Origin: an uncultured archaeon
Lineage (GTDB): Archaea; Iainarchaeota; Iainarchaeia; Iainarchaeales; JAAZKV01
Direction: 5' to 3'
DNA length: 32,000 bases
NCBI GenBank assembly: GCA_964551375.1
Contig: CAZKBG010000001.1
Location: 240,001 to 272,000 of the forward strand
The translations under genes and the position numbers were made by a program. The stretch's first letter is position 1. Every line of letters begins with the position of its first letter. Under the pieces are notes generated by a model, which had not been told where the DNA came from, ran no database searches, and saw nothing but the letters and a program-made list of their open reading frames with translations. This document shows positions 14,585 through 21,631 of the stretch, one piece after another.

Positions 14585-16576
14585 TTATTCAACCTTGCTT
14601 CCGACTTTTAAGTCTTTTTCAGGCGAAAGAAAAGCCACTTTTTCATCATTTCCCTCAACCGCTGCAAGAATCATTCCATTGCTTTCAACTCCGCGAATAT
14701 TTGCAGGAGCAAGATTTGCCACAAAAATCGCTTTCTTTCCAATTAAATCCTCTTTTGAGTAATGCTTCTTAAGCCCGGCAACAATTGTCCGGGGCTCGCC
14801 TTCATTAATATCAACTTTGAGAACGAAAAGCTTGTCGGCTTTTGGGTGGTCATTTACTTCAAGAATTTTTCCAACCTTTAAATCCAGCTTTGCAAAGTGC
14901 TCATAAGGAAGTTTTGATAAATTCACAACATCAGTCAGCCCGGCGCATGCCCCGCTTGATGCTTCTTTTGAATTATTCTTTGGTTTAGCACTTGACTCAG
15001 CCACCTTACCGCCTCCAGCAGAAACTTCCTTGCTTAATTCAACTTTCTTAAATAAAATATCGGCTTTTTTTACTTTTGAAACCTTCAAAGGCTTGTTCAA
15101 CTCATCCAAATTTAATTTGAAGTTAAAAACATCAGCAATTTTTTGAGAAGTTGAAGGAATGAACGGACTTAGGAGAATTGAAATATCCTTAATTGCATTT
15201 GAGGCCTGCCAAAGCACTTTCTTATCTTTAGTTTCCCAAGGCTTCTTTGACTGCACAAATTCATTTACCTTATCAATGCAAGCAAATATTTCATTTAATG
15301 CTTTATCAAACTCAAAATTGTCAATATGCTTTTTTACTGAAGCAAAAACTTCTTTGGAATCAAAAATACTTGAAGTATCTTTGCCATCGTTGCCCGCTTC
15401 AAGCCCGTATTTTTCAGCAAGAGTAGAAACTCTGCTTACTAAATTCCCGAGTTTATTTGCAAGCTCGGTGTTATGTCTTTCGCAAAGAGAGGTTTCGCTA
15501 AACTCCCCGTCAAGCCCAAATGGTGTTGAGCGGAAAATAAAGTATCTAATTGAATCCGTCCCGTAAGTGTTAATCAAATAATCAAGGTCCATAGCATTTC
15601 CAGCTGATTTTCCTATTTTATTCCCTGCACTGCTCCACCACCCATGCGCAAATACGCACTTTGGCTGTTCTATTCCTGCTGAGAAGAGCATTGCCGGCCA
15701 AATCACTGAATGAAACCACAAAATATCCTTTCCAACTAAGTGAACATTGCAAGGCCAGAACTTTTCAAAGAGCTTTTTGTCTTCTAAATATCCAATTCCT
15801 GAAACATAATTAGTAAGAGCATCAAACCAAACATAAGCCACATGTTCTTTATCAAATGGAAGTTTAATTCCCCATGATTGATTCTTTCTTGAGATGGATA
15901 AATCCTTCAAACCCTCTTTTACCCTGTTCAAAATTTCATTTTTCTTCTCAAGAGGAAGGATAAATTCAGGATTTTTCTTGTACAACTCAAGGAGCTGCTT
16001 TTGATACTTGCTTAATTTGAAAAAGTAAGATTCTTCAGCAATTTTTTCAATAGGGCGCTTATGAATAGGGCAAATCAAATCAGGAGCATCCTTTTCAGTG
16101 TAATACGCCTCGCAATCTGAACAATACAGCCCTTCATATTTTCCCTTGTAAATATCCCCTTTTTTGTAAACAACTTCAAGAATGTACTCAACAAACTTTT
16201 TGTGATCCTCATCGCTTGTTCTAATGAACCTGTCATAATTAATATCAAGCCTTTTCCAAGCGCCTTTAAATTGAGGAATAATTTCATCCAAAAACTGCTT
16301 TGGAGTCTTGCCTTCTTTTTCAGCGGCTTTAATCACTTTTTTTGTGTGCTCATCAGTGCCTGTTAAAAAATAAACTTCATCTCCTTCAAGTTTATGCCAT
16401 CTTGCAAGTATATCAGCAGCAATTGTAGTGTAAGCCGAGCCAATGTGAGGCTTGCCTGAAGGGTAATAAATCGGAGTAGTAACGTAAAAAGCACCATTTT
16501 TATTTTTTGAAGTTTTTGAAGTAACTGCTTTTGCAGTTATTTTTGGAGCAATTGCCTTTGAAGTTAGTTTAGCTTT
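14585..16576 (-). CDS. metG: methionyl-tRNA synthetase with C-terminal Trbp111/EMAPII-like tRNA-binding domain; 5' end unresolved
   Basis: The ORF-track version (GTG at 16336) lacks the catalytic N-terminus. The same frame stays open up to 16588 and encodes ...KNKNGAFYVTTPIYYPSGKPHIGSAYTTIAADILARWHKLEGDEVYFLTGTDEHTKKV (HIGH motif at about 16430-16450). A KMSKS variant KIGKS and the C-terminal KVGKILEVNDHPKADKLFVLKVDINEGEPRTIVAG domain are present. There is no in-frame ATG/GTG/TTG between 16588 and 16336 (see finding). Confidence 0.85.
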   Translation of the reverse strand, partial: KAKLTSKAIAPKITAKAVTSKTSKNKNGAFYVTTPIYYPSGKPHIGSAYTTIAADILARWHKLEGDEVYFLTGTDEHTKKVIKAAEKEGKTPKQFLDEIIPQFKGAWKRLDINYDRFIRTSDEDHKKFVEYILEVVYKKGDIYKGKYEGLYCSDCEAYYTEKDAPDLICPIHKRPIEKIAEESYFFKLSKYQKQLLELYKKNPEFILPLEKKNEILNRVKEGLKDLSISRKNQSWGIKLPFDKEHVAYVWFDALTNYVSGIGYLEDKKLFEKFWPCNVHLVGKDILWFHSVIWPAMLFSAGIEQPKCVFAHGWWSSAGNKIGKSAGNAMDLDYLINTYGTDSIRYFIFRSTPFGLDGEFSETSLCERHNTELANKLGNLVSRVSTLAEKYGLEAGNDGKDTSSIFDSKEVFASVKKHIDNFEFDKALNEIFACIDKVNEFVQSKKPWETKDKKVLWQASNAIKDISILLSPFIPSTSQKIADVFNFKLNLDELNKPLKVSKVKKADILFKKVELSKEVSAGGGKVAESSAKPKNNSKEASSGACAGLTDVVNLSKLPYEHFAKLDLKVGKILEVNDHPKADKLFVLKVDINEGEPRTIVAGLKKHYSKEDLIGKKAIFVANLAPANIRGVESNGMILAAVEGNDEKVAFLSPEKDLKVGSKVE

Positions 16577-16615
16577 AGGTACGAGTACTCACCATAATAA
16601 TTGACGATTAATGAG

Positions 16616-16627
16616 TATTTAAAATAA
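16616..16627 (-). promoter_or_regulatory. TATA box of the metG promoter
   Basis: The minus strand reads TTATTTTAAATA. Its centre lies about 25 nt upstream of the ATG at 16595-16593, the spacing expected for a leaderless archaeal mRNA. Confidence 0.45.
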
Positions 16628-16744
16628 TCATTTAGAAGAGTGTAAAATAATAACCAAAATATGCACTTTCCCCCTAATCACGCCAAATCAACAGAAATTA
16701 AGGCAAGATAGGCAAAGGCAGTTTATATTTTTTGAAAAAGCATT

Positions 16745-16820
16745 GGAGGGAAAGGGAGACTCCCTTGTTTAGGGGGAGTCTTCTTCCCGTTAAGAGGGGT
16801 AAGAGGGGAACTCTTACCTT
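16745..16820. other. G-rich twin-hairpin element with a tandem 9-mer, immediately 3' of ftsZ
   Basis: AGACTCCC (16757-16764) pairs with GGGAGTCT (16774-16781). GGTAAGAG (16798-16805) pairs with CTCTTACC (16811-16818). TAAGAGGGG is exactly tandem at 16791-16799 and 16800-16808. Five G3-G5 tracts fall within about 60 nt of an otherwise AT-rich intergenic region. Confidence 0.5.
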
Positions 16821-16844
16821 GTTTGAAACTATACTACTTACTAT

Positions 16845-17945
16845 TTACCTTATGAAATCCAAGTCAAGGTCGCTGTCTCTATAAGATCTTCCGCCTCTTG
16901 ACTGTCCCTGATCTTTTCCTGAGAATTTACCAGGTGATGCTTTTATGTATGGGCTGTGAACTCCAGTGAAGATGCAGATAACTTCCAACTTGTTTTCGAA
17001 AGTTGGGTCAACTCTTGCTCCCCAAATTACTACAGCTTTAGGATCAATCTTTTCTGTTAGCATTTCACCAACAGCGTTAGCTTCTCCCAAAGTTAAGTCT
17101 GGTCCGCCTGTTATGTGGATTAAGCATCCTGTTGCTCCGCCGATATCAATATCGAGCAATGCGTTCTTTAGTGTGTCTTCAACAACTTCGTTAACTTTAT
17201 CAACGCTCTTGCTTTCTCCAACTGCGATTACTGACAATCCTTTATTACTCATTATTGAGCGAACATCAGCATAATCCAAGTTGATTAATGAAGGCTGTGT
17301 GATTGTTTCTGTAATTCCTCTTACAGTTCTTGCAATTACTTCATCAGCAACCTTGAATGCATCCTGGATTGGCAAGTTAGGTACTAATTCAACAAGTCTA
17401 TTGTTATCAATAACAACAACTGTATCGCACACTTTCTGTAGTGTTTCAATACCTTCTTCAGCCTTGATTAATCTTGCTTTTTCAAGAGCGAACGGGTAAG
17501 TAACCATTGCTATAACGATTGCGCCCTGTTCTTTAGCTATTCCTGCGATGATTGGTGCTGAACCTGTTCCTGTTCCTCCACCCATTCCGCTTGATAAGAA
17601 TAACATATCTACGCCTGCTAGAACTTCTTCTAGAGCGTTTCTTGATACTTCAGCAGCTTTAGCTCCAACTTCTGGGTATCCGCCTGCACCAAGTCCTCTT
17701 GTTACTGACTTACCGATTAAAACTTTAGTAATTTCATCATTAACAATTGCCAAGTGTTGCTTATCAGTGTTAACAGCAACTAATTGAGCTCCTGCTATTC
17801 CCATTGCAGCAAGTCTGTTAACTGCGTTACATCCTGCTCCTCCGGCACCAACAACCATAATCTTTGGTGTTCCAAATTCTTCTAACTTATCGTCAGCTGC
17901 TGGAGCAGCTGCTTTGTGGATTGCTCCTTCTACTATTGACTTCAT
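16845..17945 (-). CDS. ftsZ: cell division GTPase FtsZ
   Basis: GGGTGTGSAPIIA tubulin signature, VVGAGGAGCNAVNRL, IDNNRL, and an acidic C-terminal peptide DSDLDLDFIR. ATG at 17945 is preceded by AGGGTGAT (SD); the ORF-track GTG at 17954 lies inside that SD. Confidence 0.95.
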   Translation of the reverse strand: MKSIVEGAIHKAAAPAADDKLEEFGTPKIMVVGAGGAGCNAVNRLAAMGIAGAQLVAVNTDKQHLAIVNDEITKVLIGKSVTRGLGAGGYPEVGAKAAEVSRNALEEVLAGVDMLFLSSGMGGGTGTGSAPIIAGIAKEQGAIVIAMVTYPFALEKARLIKAEEGIETLQKVCDTVVVIDNNRLVELVPNLPIQDAFKVADEVIARTVRGITETITQPSLINLDYADVRSIMSNKGLSVIAVGESKSVDKVNEVVEDTLKNALLDIDIGGATGCLIHITGGPDLTLGEANAVGEMLTEKIDPKAVVIWGARVDPTFENKLEVICIFTGVHSPYIKASPGKFSGKDQGQSRGGRSYRDSDLDLDFIR

Positions 17946-18618
17946 CAAAATCACCCTGCCATTTTAGGCTAAAATATTCAGATTTTTCTAAATATTATAT
18001 TGCACATATTGCCTCATCCTACCTTTATAAACCTTTCCTTTTATGTATAGGATTCTAACGCCTTAAACACGAAAAGAAGCCCAAATAGAGCTTATTTTAA
18101 CAACTTCGTTGATCGTGGAACTATGCTAAGTACGGTAGATTAGCTTTAAACCCCAATATAACGCATCTGTCGTAAAAAAACACAATCCACTGCATAAATA
18201 AGTGTTATAATTGCTTATTTTGACTAAATTAAGGAAATATTAGCCTTAATCTTGCCGATTTGCTATGGCGACACACAGAAGGCTAAAAACTGTTATGTAT
18301 CAAATTTACCTCGTAAAAATACTCAAAAATGGCTAAAATGCACTAAATCAACAATAAAACACATTTTAACCACAATTATACATATTATTTTGAGTCGATT
18401 TTGGGAGTTTTGAGAAAAAAAGATGAGTAAATTTTTTCTAAAAAACAAATAACATAACAAACCCCTAAGCAACTTCTTCAACTTTACTTAATCCACACCA
18501 AAATTTTATTCAAACCAAATAATATGCCCTCTGCAAGAAGAGCATAATTCCCCCACGCCCTAAGATAGAAATTAAACAAGTTCGTTATGTACAAGATAGA
18601 ATTTGGGCTGGCTGGAGG

Positions 18619-19173
18619 CTATTTGCCTTTACCAAACTTTCTCAAAAGCTTAACCATCTGCCCGTGTTCTTGCTTCTGAACATAGCCATGAGAACCAAAC
18701 CACTTCACCCTAACTTTTTGAGGGTCTCGACCAGTAGGCATCTTGCCAAGCTTCCCCCTAAGCGCTCTAATTGAAGGCACTAAAGTAAAGTAAGCAGTCC
18801 GCATCCCTTGACTTACTCTTCTTGCCTTAATCATCTCTTCCGCCTTAGTCATTAAGTGAGTGCCAGTAAAACCGCCATACCCTTCCTTAACTCCAATAGC
18901 ATCAATATGAACTCCGCCCCTGCTGACATAATGGTATTCCAAAAACCCAATAACCCCTTTTTTGCCTTTCTCATGCATCACAATAAGCCCAATTTGTTCA
19001 GGGTACATTAACATAAGGTTTGAAGGCTTCTCCACCCCATACGCACGCCACCCCTTTTCTTTGTAATGAGAGTGAATCTCAGCAAGCTCATCAGCGCCGC
19101 CATGCCTAAACTCCACTTCGCCCTTAAAACCCATAATCATCAACCAGTTAAATCCCTTTATCTTCACGTCCAC
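18619..19173 (-). CDS. orphan protein, weak GNAT-like (acyl-CoA N-acyltransferase) pattern
   Basis: VIGFLEYHYVSRGGVHIDAIGVKEGYGGFTGTHLMTKAEEMIKA resembles GNAT beta4-alpha3 (strand, then x-G-x-G, then helix). Only 7 nt separate it from the upstream gene's stop at 19181. Visibly more G/C and Gly/His/Arg than its neighbours (by eye). Confidence 0.6.
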   Translation of the reverse strand: MDVKIKGFNWLMIMGFKGEVEFRHGGADELAEIHSHYKEKGWRAYGVEKPSNLMLMYPEQIGLIVMHEKGKKGVIGFLEYHYVSRGGVHIDAIGVKEGYGGFTGTHLMTKAEEMIKARRVSQGMRTAYFTLVPSIRALRGKLGKMPTGRDPQKVRVKWFGSHGYVQKQEHGQMVKLLRKFGKGK

Positions 19174-19180
19174 ACTAATT

Positions 19181-19813
19181 TCATTTAAGATGCCTCATTA
19201 TATCAAGCCTTGGCTGTTTAAAATGTTTTTTAGGGGCAAGTTTTTTTGAAAAAGTAACCCCGATTTCACTTAATTCTTTTTTGTAAGCAGATCTTGGCAA
19301 TCTAAACCCTCTTGGCATAGACTCGCTTTTTGGATGAACTGTATAAGCCCCTTCAAGCATCACAAGATGCGTTTTTGGAAATGCTCTTCGCGCTAATTTC
19401 AACCCCTCTGTAACACAAATGGATCTCAAACTCCCAACTGCGACAATAGTTGATGGAAAAATTTTTGCGCTTCTACAAACATCCCTAAGCGTCTCTTTTC
19501 CCATGTCATGAATATTAGTATTCGCCCACACCACTCTTAATTTTTCAAATGTTTGAGCAGGCATCATCCGTTTAACCGCACTAAGCGCCTCTTCCCTATG
19601 AGAAGCACCCATATAATCCCAAATAACAGGAGTCCCTGTGCTTGCCGCTTTTTTTAATGCATCAACCACTCGCTTATTGTGAGTAGCCCACATGAAGTCA
19701 TCATACTCATAAGCTCCGCCGGGCTTTGCCCCTCTTGGAGTGGTTCTTTCTCTCCTTGGCGAATGAATAAGATATAACACTGGCCCTATGTAAAAATAAT
19801 TAGAAGTGCTCAT
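19181..19813 (-). CDS. orphan protein, weak isochorismatase/cysteine-hydrolase-like pattern
   Basis: ATG start. HDMGKETLRDVCRSAKIFPSTIVAVGSLRSICVTEGLKLARRAFPKTHLVMLEGA parallels the K...L...G-x5-CV...A...v.v..DA layout of isochorismatase-family enzymes. The N-terminal strand VLYLIHSP lacks the usual catalytic Asp. Tentative. Confidence 0.6.
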   Translation of the reverse strand: MSTSNYFYIGPVLYLIHSPRRERTTPRGAKPGGAYEYDDFMWATHNKRVVDALKKAASTGTPVIWDYMGASHREEALSAVKRMMPAQTFEKLRVVWANTNIHDMGKETLRDVCRSAKIFPSTIVAVGSLRSICVTEGLKLARRAFPKTHLVMLEGAYTVHPKSESMPRGFRLPRSAYKKELSEIGVTFSKKLAPKKHFKQPRLDIMRHLK

Positions 19814-19864
19814 TTAACCACGCAAAACATTTAATCACGCAAAAATTAAGAAAAATGCGAAAAG

Positions 19865-20458
19865 TTAATACTCTTCGCACTTAACCATGAAATAATTGCT
19901 CGCATGTCCGCATGAAGGGCACTCTTTTGGAGGCTCTTTTCCAATATGCTGATAACCGCATTCTCTGCAAACCCAAACCATTACTTTCTCTTTCTTCCAC
20001 AAAGTGCCTTTCTTTATTTCATCAAGGAACTTAGCATACCTTTCTTCATGATGCTTTTCTGCAATTCCAATTGAGCGAAGCTTTTTTGCAATTTCAGGCA
20101 ATCCTTCTGCATCCGCAACTTTTGCAAAATCCGGGTACATTGTGGTGTTTTCATAACTTTCCCCAGCAATTGCAGCTTTTAGGTTGAATTGAGTATCGCC
20201 AAGCGCTGCCTCGGCATGAACATCAAGCTCAGGCTCCACAACTTTTATTTTTGCTTTCTTCATTTTTTCTTTTAATTCAGTTATCATTACAGCAAGCTGC
20301 TTAGCGTGCTCTCTTTCCTGCTCGCTAGTAAGAGTAAAAATATCCCCAAGCTGAATGTACCCTTCCTTAATCGCCTGCTTGGCATAGAAAGTATATCTAT
20401 TCCTTGCCATTGATTCCCCAATAAAGGCTTTCCCTAAATTTGCTAAAGTTTTCTCCAC
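19865..20458 (-). CDS. rbr: rubrerythrin (four-helix diiron domain plus C-terminal rubredoxin-like CxxC...CxxC)
   Basis: GESMARNRYTFYA, EQEREHAK, AGESYE and EKHHEERY ferritin-like motifs, plus C-terminal CRECGY...CPSCGH. Starts are ambiguous: GTGs at 20467, 20464 and 20458. AGGTGGTG-TTT-GTG favours 20458, the same SD spacing as the histone gene. Confidence 0.9.
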   Translation of the reverse strand: MEKTLANLGKAFIGESMARNRYTFYAKQAIKEGYIQLGDIFTLTSEQEREHAKQLAVMITELKEKMKKAKIKVVEPELDVHAEAALGDTQFNLKAAIAGESYENTTMYPDFAKVADAEGLPEIAKKLRSIGIAEKHHEERYAKFLDEIKKGTLWKKEKVMVWVCRECGYQHIGKEPPKECPSCGHASNYFMVKCEEY

Positions 20459-20606
20459 AAACACCACCTGTTAAGATTAGGGCAAAGTAGTACAAAAAGG
20501 TTTCTATGAGTTTTTATAAATTTGGGCAATAACCAATTTAGAAAAAAATAATAAGAGAAATACTGTTAATAGAAAGACTGCTAAGAAAAAGACTGAAATG
20601 GGCAAA

Positions 20607-21170
20607 TTAAATTTTGCCCACTAAATCAAGTTCTGTTGTCATTGCGTCCATTCCCGGCTCCCAAGCCGCCTGGCAAACCATTCCTGTGTGCTCTCTGACA
20701 AACTTTGCAGCATTTAATTTCCGCAGGAGTTCTTTTGCGCTTCTTCCAAATGAATTATCATTCACTTCGCAAGCTCGGAGTATTCCGTCAGGATCTATAA
20801 TGAAAGTTCCCCTCAATGCCAAACCCTCATCTTCAAGATACACTCCAAATTCCTTTGAGAGTTTTCCGGCAGGGTCCGCAACCATCGGGAAAGTTATTTT
20901 CTTAATAGCAGGAGAAGTATCATGCCATGCTTTGTGAACATAAGCAGTGTCAGTGCTCACGCTTAAAATTTCAGCGCCAAGTTTTTTGAATTCGCTGTAA
21001 GAATTTGCAAGCTCCTCAAGCTCTGTAGGGCACACAAAAGTAAAATCAGCAGGATAGAAAAAAACTATAACCCACTTTCCTTTATAATTTGAAAATTTAA
21101 TTTTTTTTATCTCATCATCTTGATATGCGTCAAGCGAAAAATCGTTTATTTTTTGTCCTATGAAAACCAT
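20607..21170 (-). CDS. peroxiredoxin (AhpC/Prx1-type)
   Basis: FYPADFTFVCPTE peroxidatic-Cys motif, WHDTS, and a second Cys (VCQAAW) near the C-terminus. ATG is preceded by GGGGGT. Hairpin GGGCAAA/TTTGCCC overlaps the stop codon. Confidence 0.9.
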   Translation of the reverse strand: MVFIGQKINDFSLDAYQDDEIKKIKFSNYKGKWVIVFFYPADFTFVCPTELEELANSYSEFKKLGAEILSVSTDTAYVHKAWHDTSPAIKKITFPMVADPAGKLSKEFGVYLEDEGLALRGTFIIDPDGILRACEVNDNSFGRSAKELLRKLNAAKFVREHTGMVCQAAWEPGMDAMTTELDLVGKI

Positions 21171-21278
21171 TGTATTACCCCCGCTAGCGACAAACTAACA
21201 CATACACTAAACTAGTACTTAAATTAGATTCTAAGGTGTGCAAATGTGTCTAAAATATTCACATTTAATTATTGTTAT

Positions 21279-21485
21279 TCACTGCTTTTTCAACGCCAGT
21301 CTGATATCTTCATCAGTAACTGTTTTTCTTCCAGCGTGCTTTGAAAATATTGCTGCCTGCTGTGCAACCTTCATTCCTTCTTCTTCCAAAAAATTTGAAA
21401 GCTCTTTAGCCGCGCTCTCGCTGACTCTAATTCCAGTAGATTTTCTAATAATTCTGTCAATTGCCGCTAATGGTAACTCGCTCAC
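21279..21485 (-). CDS. archaeal histone (HMf-type histone fold)
   Basis: 68 aa: LPLAAIDRIIRK...RVSESAAKEL...AQQAAIFSKHAGRKTVTDEDIRLALK is the canonical archaeal histone-fold pattern. GTG start is preceded by AGGTGGTG-TAA. Confidence 0.9.
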   Translation of the reverse strand: MSELPLAAIDRIIRKSTGIRVSESAAKELSNFLEEEGMKVAQQAAIFSKHAGRKTVTDEDIRLALKKQ

Positions 21486-21515
21486 TTACACCACCTGACA
21501 AAAGAAAAAAGAAAA

Positions 21516-21530
21516 AAGGTTATAAACCTT
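21516..21530 (-). promoter_or_regulatory. palindromic TATA element upstream of the histone gene
   Basis: aaggttataaacctt reads AAGGTTTATAACCTT on the minus strand. Its centre lies about 38 nt upstream of the GTG at 21485, compatible with a ~13-nt leader carrying the SD. Confidence 0.4.
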
Positions 21531-21631
21531 GACAAAAAAACTCATTTTAACTGAAAAACATGCCCCAGAAATCAATAAATATGCGAAAACACTTAAAACA
21601 AATGAATTAATTAGATAAAAAAGGCGACAAA

